Positions 33,843-43,512 of a stretch of 64,000 bases of DNA are shown here, piece after piece. Position 1 is the first letter of the stretch, and every line of letters begins with the position of its first letter. Source of the DNA: Malacoraja senta (lineage: Eukaryota); the NCBI GenBank assembly GCA_038087875.1, contig CM075997.1, positions 8,186,001 to 8,250,000 of the forward strand, in the 5' to 3' direction. The notes under the pieces were generated by a model. It was not told where the DNA came from. It was given only the letters and a program-made list of their open reading frames with translations, and did no database searches. The translations under genes were made by a program, and so were the position numbers.

Positions 33843-36800
33843 TCAGGCGGTTTGACAAGACGTCCCGCCCGGGTTCGCGTCTCGCCATCCACCCTTCCTG
33901 CAGGAGGAAGAGGCACCAGCGGGGACAGACGAACCTGAAAGGGAGAAACGGGAGGAAACGGAAGAGATCGCGGCACCGAAACCGGAGGGGATGCGGGGCC
34001 GGGACCGGGAAGAGCGCGGGGGGGGCGAGCGAGGACTAGTCGGAGTGTGTTGGAGCGGAGGGGGCGAAGGAGGAGCAGAGCGAGGCATGTCAGGAATCAC
34101 GGGCAGGGCAACGGCCGGACGCGAAACAGGCAGCGGGGGAGCAAAGGGATCGGCGGCAGGAGGACGCGGCTCGTGGACGAGCCGAGGGTGCTGGCGGGAC
34201 CGTCGGTAAATGGTCCCAGCGTAGTCGACGAAATAGGACCTGGGCGACCCCGCAGAGCCGACGACAGTAGCGAGCTTGGAGTGACCGGGAGTGGTCTGCA
34301 TACGGACTACTTGACCGGGGAAGAGGGGCGGCAGCGGGTGGCAGGACCTGTCATGGGACCGCTTTTGGACGTCTTGCCTGAAGGCAATTCGTTTCTGAAC
34401 CGCCGCAGGTGGAAGGACCGAGGGTATGAGGGATCGCTGGGCCACCGGGAGTGGGAGCCTGGTAGCGCGAGACAGGAGCCGCTGAGCAGGTGAACCCATG
34501 GCAGGGTCGCGAGAAATGTTCCGAAAGCTGAGGAGGGCCAGGTGGAAGTCGGAGTTAATGCCACCACACTGTTCCAACAGGTGCTTAGCACTGCGGACCG
34601 CGCGCTCGGCCAAACCGTTGCTTTGCGGGTACTCCGGGCTGCTTGTGAAATGGCGAAAGTTCCATCTGGAAGCGAACGCTTTAAACTCGGAGCTCGTCAA
34701 CTGGCTGCCATTGTCCGACTGCAAGCTTGCCGGGGGGCCAAAAGTGCTAAAGTGAGGGTACAACCTGTCGATGACGGCCGAAGAGGTCACGGAAGGCAGC
34801 CGGTCAACCGCAAACCAGCTGGAGTAGAAGTCAACGAGTACCAGGAAATGTTTGCCCCGCCACTCGAAAATGTCTGTGGCGAGCGCCATCCAGGGCAGTC
34901 CGGGCGCGGGCTGCTGTAGAAGCGGCTGACGCTGCTGATGGGGGGCGCGGCTGTTGCAGGTGGAACACGATGAGACCCTCTCCCGGATGTACTTTGCCAT
35001 ATCCGGCCAATAGAACTGGGCCTTGGCGAGAGACAAAGTGGCTTCGGCCCCAGTGTGACCGCGGTGTGCGACTTGAAAATAGTGGTCGTGCAGCGCCGCG
35101 GGCACGACCACTTTGTGACCCTTCACCACCACGCCGTCGTGCAATACGAGCTCGTCCCGAATCAGGAAGTAGGGCACGGCTCGAGCCGGCAGTGCCGAGC
35201 GACGGTCAGGCCAGCCCTGCCGGATGACGGCAGACAGCTGTTGCAGGGCAGGGTCGTTGGTAGTGTGTTCAACCAGGGACTTCATCTGTGGCGAGGGGAC
35301 GAAGTTCAATCGTAGTACTAGTAACTCGGACATTTCGTATTGGTGGCGAGCAGTGGACGTCAGCGGGGCGCGAGACAACGTGTCGGCTACGAACATGTCC
35401 TTCCCCTTACGATAAACCACCGTGAACGTGAAACGCTGGAGCTGCAGCAGCATGCGCTGCAGACGTGATGAGGCCACATGGATCGGTTTGTTGAGGATGG
35501 TAACAAGTGGTTGATGGTCAGTTTCAACGGTGAAAGTGTTGCCCACGAAGTAGTCCCGGAATTTGGAGCAGGCAAACACCACGGCCAGTAGCTCCTTCTC
35601 AATCTGCGCGTAGTGCTGTTCGGTGGCGGTCATGGTGCGGGACGCGAATGAGACAGGCAGCTGCAGGCCGTCATGGACCTGGAGGCAGGCGGCACCGAGT
35701 CCGAATTGAGAGGCGTCGCAGGTGAGGACAATGGGATGCCGCAGGTCAAAGAACTTGAGCGTGGGTGTGCTGATCAGTTTAGACTTAAGAATGTCAAATG
35801 CCTTCTGATGATTGGGTAACCAAAGCCAGGAAGTGTCCTTTTTGATCAGATCCCTCAGGGGAGCGCTGAGCTCGCTTAGGTCGGGGATGAACTTCCCCAG
35901 GTAGTTTACCAGGCCGAGGAAGCGTTGCAGGCCTGCCACGTTAGTAGGAGGAGGCTTCCCTGAGATGGCAGCCGTTTTCTGCGGGTCTGGCTTTAGCCCC
36001 TCAGCGGTGAATACATGTCCAACATAGGTGACCTCCGAGACGCGGAATCGGCACTTCTTGGGGTTCAGTTTCAAGTTGATTTGCCTGGCCCGGTCCAGGA
36101 TCAGGCGGAGGTTGACATCGTGTTCGGCAACATCCTTACCGTAAACGAGGATGTCGTCAACAATTATGGCGCAAGGCAGATCTGAAAACAACTGTTCCAT
36201 GGTTCGCTGGAATACCTCACTGGCAGAGTTGATTCCGAAGGGCATTCGGAGGAACCGAAACCTTCCGTAGGGGGTGGCGAAGGTTGTCAAAATGGACGAC
36301 CGCTCGTCCAGTGGTATCTGCCAGAATGAGCTCTTGGCATCGAGGACCGAAAAGACCGTTGCTGGACCAACCCGTGCAGCGACGTCTTCCACCGTTCTCA
36401 TAGGGTAGTGAGGGCGCCGAATGGCCAGGTTGAGGTCTCTGGGGTTGGTGCAGATGCGTATCTCACTCATGTCATTTTTAGCAGCAACAACCATGGAAGA
36501 GACCCAGCTGGTGGGCTCGACGACCGCCTTTAGGACGCCCATTTGTACCATACTGTGTAGGGTCGCCTCCACTTTGTCCCTCATGGCGAAGGAAATACGG
36601 TGAGGAGCATGGACCACAGGAACGATCTTATGGTCCACTTCAATCTTGTAGCTGCAGGGTAGTTTGCCTAGCTTATCATCAAAACGGTCGGGATACTCGG
36701 CCAGCGGGTCCATAAGAGCCTGCACGTGGTGGATGTCCCGGTGGAAGGACACCAGTCCCATTTCCTGGCATGCCTGGATCCCCAGCAGGGGAACGCAACT

Positions 36801-37994
36801 TCGATTGAGGAGAAAGAAGGTGAGGGGCCGAGTGGCCTTCAGTATCTTACAGTGTAGTGTGGCCTTGCCCACAGGAGTAAGGATCTCCCCACCGTAGGCA
36901 TGCAGGTTTGAGCTCTGAGAAAATATCTTCTCATTAGTCCTTATCTGGTTGAAAAGAGATGTTGACATAACATTGGTAACCGCCCCAGTGTCGATTTTGG
37001 CCGTGAAGGTCGAGTTGTTCACAGTGACTTGCACAGAAGGATCCGTTATCATAGCAGGTGCGTCCACCACGGTAAACAAGCTGGTTTCCCCCTGAGAGGA
37101 GTTAGATGTAGGAACAGAATGTTCATCGGAATAGTGCTGGGAGCTGAGATCATTATCCGACTGTAGAAGGTTGTTTAAATTTTGCCTTCGAGCAGCGACA
37201 GGCTTCCCACGGGAACGACAAGCTGCAGCAAAATGGTTCAACTTATTACAGGAATTGCAATTCTTTCCTAGAGCAGGGCACACATTGAACTGATGAGTTG
37301 TGAAGTTGCAATTAGGGCACCTTTGCTGGGTGCCTCCCCTTGTAGCACCACCGAACCCCGGTGCGCGTCCCCCTCGAGCAGCGAGCGACACCGGGGGTCG
37401 CGACTGGGGTGCGTTCATGAGATAGCTAGGAGTGCTGGCAAAGTTGATCGCCTGTTCAGCCGGCGGCGCCGCCGCGGAAACAGCGTCAGCTAAGCGAGTA
37501 GCGTGCATTGCATCGGCCAAGGTCAGATCCGGCTTGCGAAGTAGTTCGGACCTGAGCTTCTCATCACGGAGACCGTAAACCAGTAGGTCCCTGATGACAT
37601 TATCGGGGGTCCACGTCTCGAGGCGGCAGCGCCTGCCCAGGTCCCGCAGCGCAATGACATAGTTCTCAGCAGATTCCCCAGGGAGCTGACGCCGCGCGAA
37701 CAGTTTAAAACGTTCTAAAATGCAATTAGTCGGAATGTCACAAATAGCGTCAAACTTAGCCAACAGACATGCCGGGTCCCGAGCTGATTCTCCAGCAGCG
37801 TAGACGAAGAAGTCAGAGCGAGTCAAGGCGTTGCGACCAGCCAAGTTGAGAAGCAGTGAGGCTTTGAGAGCGGGGGTGGCGCCAGGATGGGCAATCGTGA
37901 AATAGTGTTCAAAGTCACGTTTGAATATGTCCCATCGAAGGGCGATGTCGAAATCAAAAACGAGCGCATCGGGCTTACGGGCAGAAGAGGCCAT
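33843..37994 (-). CDS. Gag-Pol polyprotein (zinc knuckles, protease, RT, RNase H, integrase); probable ATG at 37994
   Basis: CPNC-x4-H-x4-C and CNSC-x4-H-x4-C knuckles; KIDTGA protease; LDAKSSFWQ and IVDD RT; CDAS, EKELL, TDH RNase H; H-x3-H...CSTC, ATD, SDNG, NGLAER integrase. No stops. Confidence 0.93.
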   Translation of the reverse strand: MASSARKPDALVFDFDIALRWDIFKRDFEHYFTIAHPGATPALKASLLLNLAGRNALTRSDFFVYAAGESARDPACLLAKFDAICDIPTNCILERFKLFARRQLPGESAENYVIALRDLGRRCRLETWTPDNVIRDLLVYGLRDEKLRSELLRKPDLTLADAMHATRLADAVSAAAPPAEQAINFASTPSYLMNAPQSRPPVSLAARGGRAPGFGGATRGGTQQRCPNCNFTTHQFNVCPALGKNCNSCNKLNHFAAACRSRGKPVAARRQNLNNLLQSDNDLSSQHYSDEHSVPTSNSSQGETSLFTVVDAPAMITDPSVQVTVNNSTFTAKIDTGAVTNVMSTSLFNQIRTNEKIFSQSSNLHAYGGEILTPVGKATLHCKILKATRPLTFFLLNRSCVPLLGIQACQEMGLVSFHRDIHHVQALMDPLAEYPDRFDDKLGKLPCSYKIEVDHKIVPVVHAPHRISFAMRDKVEATLHSMVQMGVLKAVVEPTSWVSSMVVAAKNDMSEIRICTNPRDLNLAIRRPHYPMRTVEDVAARVGPATVFSVLDAKSSFWQIPLDERSSILTTFATPYGRFRFLRMPFGINSASEVFQRTMEQLFSDLPCAIIVDDILVYGKDVAEHDVNLRLILDRARQINLKLNPKKCRFRVSEVTYVGHVFTAEGLKPDPQKTAAISGKPPPTNVAGLQRFLGLVNYLGKFIPDLSELSAPLRDLIKKDTSWLWLPNHQKAFDILKSKLISTPTLKFFDLRHPIVLTCDASQFGLGAACLQVHDGLQLPVSFASRTMTATEQHYAQIEKELLAVVFACSKFRDYFVGNTFTVETDHQPLVTILNKPIHVASSRLQRMLLQLQRFTFTVVYRKGKDMFVADTLSRAPLTSTARHQYEMSELLVLRLNFVPSPQMKSLVEHTTNDPALQQLSAVIRQGWPDRRSALPARAVPYFLIRDELVLHDGVVVKGHKVVVPAALHDHYFQVAHRGHTGAEATLSLAKAQFYWPDMAKYIRERVSSCSTCNSRAPHQQRQPLLQQPAPGLPWMALATDIFEWRGKHFLVLVDFYSSWFAVDRLPSVTSSAVIDRLYPHFSTFGPPASLQSDNGSQLTSSEFKAFASRWNFRHFTSSPEYPQSNGLAERAVRSAKHLLEQCGGINSDFHLALLSFRNISRDPAMGSPAQRLLSRATRLPLPVAQRSLIPSVLPPAAVQKRIAFRQDVQKRSHDRSCHPLPPLFPGQVVRMQTTPGHSKLATVVGSAGSPRSYFVDYAGTIYRRSRQHPRLVHEPRPPAADPFAPPLPVSRPAVALPVIPDMPRSAPPSPPPLQHTPTSPRSPPPRSSRSRPRIPSGFGAAISSVSSRFSLSGSSVPAGASSSCRKGGWRDANPGGTSCQTA

Positions 37995-38087
37995 AACAAA
38001 AACAGTTAGGGGGGGAAACAAAAAACTGGGTCAAAATTAAATGATAAACCGATAAACGGGATGTGCAAGGTAAGTTATTTGACACCA

Positions 38088-38291
38088 TGTAAAGGATTGA
38101 TAACGAGGCATCGTTACTTTACTATCTTTATTCATACTGGATCATTATACATTGCACTAGCTGTACGTGGTCTGTCACAGGAACTAGAGAGCGATCTGTG
38201 GGTGTGGAGGTTGTAGTTATACTTGTGATATGGGGAGTGGTTAGTGGGTGTGAGGTCACTATGTTAAAGGCACATGCATATCTCATCTACA
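38088..38291 (-). repeat. 5' LTR
   Basis: Same 204-bp sequence, adjacent to the PBS. Confidence 0.95.
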
Positions 38292-38930
38292 ATCCCCACA
38301 AAAACCTTCCGAGTGTTTCCCAATCAGAAGGCTTTGAGATCCGCACTCTTCTAAAGACCAGACACCGGGGATTCATGTACGATGATATAGTTGTCTGCAT
38401 GAATTCCAGATACGACCTTGGTAAGACCATCAAAAAGGCCAAAAGGGACTTCTGCTCCAAGCTGGAGGAAGAAACAGATGTTCAGCAGCTGTGGCGGGGT
38501 CTGAATGCAATCACCTCCTACAAGGCGAAATCAGGAGGTAGCTCGATGGTCGGCGAAATATCTCTCCCTGAGAAGCTCAATGCATTTTACGCACGCTTTA
38601 ATAGGAAGAACACTGATGGGCCTTCTCGAGCCCCCATTCTCTGTGATGGTATTTGAATCTCAGTCACAATCCGACGTCAGAAAACCCTTCAGCGGAGTGA
38701 ACCCCCGGAAAGCGCCTGGACCTGATGGCATATCCGGTCGTGTTCTAAAAACCTGTGCGGACCAACTGGCTGGAGTTTTTACGGATAGTTTCAACCTCTC
38801 ATTTCTGAAGTCTGAGGTTCCTGCCTGCTTTAAACGGGCATCAATTAAACCGGTGTCCAAGAAGAGCAAGGTGACGTGCCTCAAGGACTATCGGTCAGTG
38901 ACACTAACGTCGGGAGTGATGACGTGCTTT

Positions 38931-40647
38931 AATAATAATAATGCATTTTATTTCCTGGCGCCTTTCTGGACACCCAAGGACACCTTACAGGACATAAAAT
39001 CACAATACATTTAGCAATATTAAAATCTAGTTGATTAAAAACAAAAAACAAAAACAAAAAAAAAACACAAAATATTTGAAGTCATTAAAATCAGGGTGAA
39101 TATGGTGGAAGTTATGTCGGGTATGCTAATCTAAACAGGTGTGTTTTGAGTTGTGATTTGAATTGATCGATAGTGTCCAGGTGACGGATGGGAGGTGGGA
39201 GAGTGTTCCAGAGACGTGGGGCAGAGCAGCTGAAGGCTCCTGCACCCATGGTGCTGAGTCTAAATGTGGGGACAGTTAAAATTGCAGCTGAGGAGGAACG
39301 AAGTGACCGAGAAGGAGTGTATGGTAGCAGCAGGTCAGAGAGGTATTGGGGAGCAAGGTGGTGTAGGGCTTTGAAGGTCAGCAGTAAAATCTTGTAGTTA
39401 ATCCGGTGGTGCACAGGGAGCCAGTGCAGCTGAGTGAGGATGGGTGTGATGTGGTCCGATGATCTGGTGCGGGTGATGATCAGGGCTGCAGAGTTCTCAA
39501 TGCATTGGAGGCGATGAAGAAGTTTATTGGTAGTGCAAGTGAGGAGGGCGTTGCAGTAATCGATGCGGGATGTGACCAGAGCGTGGAAGAGGACTTTTGT
39601 ATTGTCTTTGGAGAGGGAGGGGCGGAGTCTGGAGATGTTGTGGAGATGAAAGTATGCAGAGCGTGTGATATTGCTGATGTGTGGGCCAAAGGAAAGTGTA
39701 CTGTCCAGAATGACGCCGAGACTTTTGACATGGGAGGAGGTGGGTATGGGTGAGCCATCAACTGAAATGGTGAACGGGTGGGTTTTGGAGAGTGTGGAAT
39801 TTGAGCCAATTAGCATGATTTCTGTTTTATTTCCATTGAGTTTTAGAAGGTTGAGTGACATCCAGTTGCTGATAGCTTGAAGACAGGTGGTGAGGGCAGT
39901 TGGGGGAAGGGAGGTGTTTGGTTTTATGGAGAAGTAAAGTTGTGTATCATCGGCGTAGCAGTGGAAATTGATTCCAAAATGACGGAGAATATTGCCAAGA
40001 GGTTGAATATAGATGATAAAAAGCAGTGGCCCGAGCACCGATCTCTGAGGAACACCATGGGTGACTGTGGCAGTTGTGGATGTGACTTTATTTCCCTGGA
40101 TGAACTGTTTTCTGTCGTGTAGATAGGACCTGAACCAAAGTAGTGCATTGTTGTTGATGCCGGTGGCAGATAGACGTTCCAGAAGAATTGGGTGGGAGAT
40201 GGTGTCAAAGGCTGCTGTGAGGTCGAGGAGGATCAGGATGGATAAGTGGCCGGTGTCAGCTGCGATAAGGAGATCATTTGTAATTTTTACCAAGGCTGTT
40301 TCAGTGCTGTGATTGTGGCGAAAACCGGACTGAAATGGTTAATAGAGGTTATGGTTTTGAAGGTGGACTTGAAGTTATGTCGCTACTATCCTTTCCAGAA
40401 GTTTGGTGATGAATGGGAGGTTGTAGATGGGGCGGTAGTTATTTGGAGTGTGTGGATCAGAACCTGTTTTTTTTAGAATCGGGGTGACAGAAGCTGTTTT
40501 GAGAGATGTAGGAACAGTAGCAGTTAATAGGGAGGAGTTAATTATGGACGTTATGATGGGTGAGATAGAGGACAGACAGGATTTAACCAGGACAGTAGGG
40601 ATGGGATCCAGCAAGCAGGAGGAGTTCTTGGACTTGGTGATGAGTTT
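38931..40647 (-). mobile_element. L2 3' portion (duplicate copy), RT ORF 39112-40293
   Basis: LLDLTAAFDT, YADDTQLY, SRIDYCN, LHWLP, APRLWNTLP; (ATT)n tail at 38931-38942. Confidence 0.92.
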
Positions 40648-42576
40648 AGTTTCAAGTTGATTTGCCTGGCCCGGTCCAGGATCAGGCGGAGGTTGACATC
40701 GTGTTCGGCAACATCCTTACCGTAAACGAGGATGTCGTCAACAATTATGGCGCAAGGCAGATCTGAAAACAACTGTTCCATGGTTCGCTGGAATACCTCA
40801 CTGGCAGAGTTGATTCCGAAGGGCATTCGGAGGAACCGAAACCTTCCGTAGGGGGTGGCGAAGGTTGTCAAAATGGACGACCGCTCGTCCAGTGGTATCT
40901 GCCAGAATGAGCTCTTGGCATCGAGGACCGAAAAGACCGTTGCTGGACCAACCCGTGCAGCGACGTCTTCCACCGTTCTCATAGGGTAGTGAGGGCGCCG
41001 AATGGCCAGGTTGAGGTCTCTGGGGTTGGTGCAGATGCGTATCTCACTCATGTCATTTTTAGCAGCAACAACCATGGAAGAGACCCAGCTGGTGGGCTCG
41101 ACGACCGCCTTTAGGACGCCCATTTGTACCATACTGTGTAGGGTCGCCTCCACTTTGTCCCTCATGGCGAAGGAAATACGGTGAGGAGCATGGACCACAG
41201 GAACGATCTTATGGTCCACTTCAATCTTGTAGCTGCAGGGTAGTTTGCCTAGCTTATCATCAAAACGGTCGGGATACTCGGCCAGCGGGTCCATAAGAGC
41301 CTGCACGTGGTGGATGTCCCGGTGGAAGGACACCAGTCCCATTTCCTGGCATGCCTGGATCCCCAGCAGGGGAACGCAACTTCGATTGAGGAGAAAGAAG
41401 GTGAGGGGCCGAGTGGCCTTCAGTATCTTACAGTGTAGTGTGGCCTTGCCCACAGGAGTAAGGATCTCCCCACCGTAGGCATGCAGGTTTGAGCTCTGAG
41501 AAAATATCTTCTCATTAGTCCTTATCTGGTTGAAAAGAGATGTTGACATAACATTGGTAACCGCCCCAGTGTCGATTTTGGCCGTGAAGGTCGAGTTGTT
41601 CACAGTGACTTGCACAGAAGGATCCGTTATCATAGCAGGTGCGTCCACCACGGTAAACAAGCTGGTTTCCCCCTGAGAGGAGTTAGATGTAGGAACAGAA
41701 TGTTCATCGGAATAGTGCTGGGAGCTGAGATCATTATCCGACTGTAGAAGGTTGTTTAAATTTTGCCTTCGAGCAGCGACAGGCTTCCCACGGGAACGAC
41801 AAGCTGCAGCAAAATGGTTCAACTTATTACAGGAATTGCAATTCTTTCCTAGAGCAGGGCCCACATTGAACTGATGAGTTGTGAAGTTGCAATTAGGGCA
41901 CCTTTGCTGGGTGCCTCCCCTTGTAGCACCACCGAACCCCGGTGCGCGTCCCCCTCGAGCAGCGAGCGACACCGGGGGTCGCGACTGGGGTGCGTTCATG
42001 AGATAGCTAGGAGTGCTGGCAAAGTTGATCGCCTGTTCAGCCGGCGGCGCCGCCGCGGAAACAGCGTCAGCTAAGCGAGTAGCGTGCATTGCATCGGCCA
42101 AGGTCAGATCCGGCTTGCGAAGTAGTTCGGACCTGAGCTTCTCATCACGGAGACCATAAACCAGTAGGTCCCTGATGACATTATCGGGGGTCCACGTCTC
42201 GAGGCGGCAGCGCCTGCCCAGGTCCCGCAGCGCAATGACATAGTTCTCAGCAGATTCCCCAGGGAGCTGACGCCGCGCGAACAGTTTAAAACGTTCTAAA
42301 ATGCAATTAGTCGGAATGTCACAAATAGCGTCAAACTTAGCCAACAGACATGCCGGGTCCCGAGCTGATTCTCCAGCAGCGTAGACGAAGAAGTCAGAGC
42401 GAGTCAAGGCGTTGGGACCAGCCAAGTTGAGAAGCAGTGAGGCTTTGAGAGCGGGGGTGGCGCCAGGATGGGCAATCGTGAAATAGTGTTCAAAGTCACG
42501 TTTGAATATGTCCCATCGAAGGGCGATGTCGAAATCAAAAACGAGCGCATCGGGCTTACGGGCAGAAGAGGCCATA
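40551..42576 (-). pseudogene. Truncated Gag-PR-partial RT copy, fused at the duplication junction to out-of-frame L2 sequence
   Basis: Matches gag-pol to ...INLKLN, then reads SSPSPRTPPACW...stop. The first zinc knuckle has C->G (NVGPALG). Confidence 0.85.
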
Positions 42577-42669
42577 ACAAAAACAGTTAGGGGGGGAAAC
42601 AAAAAATCTGGGTCAAAATTAAATGATAAACCGATAAACGGGAGGCGCAAGGTAAGTTATTTGACACCA

Positions 42670-42873
42670 TGTAAAGGATTGATAACGAGGCATCGTTACT
42701 TTACTATCTTTATTCATACTGGATCATTATACATTGCACTAGCTGTACGTGGTCTGTCACAGGAACTAGAGAGCGATCTGTGGGTGTGGAGGTTGTAGTT
42801 ATACTTGTGATATGGGGAGTGGTTAGTGGGTGTGAGGTCACTATGTTAAAGGCACATGCATATCTCATCTACA
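42670..42873 (-). repeat. Third LTR (duplicated 5' LTR)
   Basis: Same 204-bp sequence, with PBS at 42662-42669 and ATCCC at 42874-78. Confidence 0.95.
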
Positions 42874-43512
42874 ATCCCCACAAAAACCTTCCGAGTGTTT
42901 CCCAATCAGAAGGCTTTGAGATCCGCACTCTTCTAAAGACCAGACACCGGGCATTCATGTACGATGATATAGTTGTCTGCATGAATTCCAGATACGACCT
43001 TGGTAAGACCATCAAAAAGGCCAAAAGGGACTTCTGCTCCAAGCTGGAGGAAGAAACAGATGTTCAGCAGCTGTGGCGGGGTCTGAATGCAATCACCTCC
43101 TACAAGGCGAAATCAGGAGGTAGCTCGATGGTCGGCGAAATATCTCTCCCTGAGAAGCTCAATGCATTTTACGCACGCTTTAATAGGAAGAACACTGATG
43201 GGCCTTCTCGAGCCCCCATTCTCTGTGATGGTATTTGAATCTCAGTCACAATCCGACGTCAGAAAACCCTTCAGCGGAGTGAACCCCCGGAAAGCGCCTG
43301 GACCTGATGGCATATCCGGTCGTGTTCTAAAAACCTGTGCGGACCAACTGGCTGGAGTTTTTACGGATAGTTTCAACCTCTCATTTCTGAAGTCTGAGGT
43401 TCCTGCCTGCTTTAAACGGGCATCAATTAAACCGGTGTCCAAGAAGAGCAAGGTGACGTGCCTCAAGGACTATCGGTCAGTGACACTAACGTCGGGAGTG
43501 ATGACGTGCTTT

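Larger units (their letters stand above)
33548..38291 (-). mobile_element. Full-length Ty3/Gypsy (Mag-like) LTR retrotransposon
   Basis: TG...CA LTRs at 33548-33751 and 38088-38291 (204 bp, no differences seen). 5-bp TSD ATCCC at 33543-47 and 38292-96. PBS TGGTGTCA (tRNA-Leu-like) at 38080-38087. PPT GGAGAGGAAGGA at 33752-33763. Confidence 0.97.

Noticed and set aside
33991..35415. Multiple + strand ORFs inside the Gypsy element
   Set aside because: Antisense shadows of a GC-rich coding region, with no motifs.
38198..38656. 152-aa ORF (and its copy at 42780-43238) as a novel gene
   Set aside because: Chance read-through from the antisense LTR into Rex1 ORF sequence.
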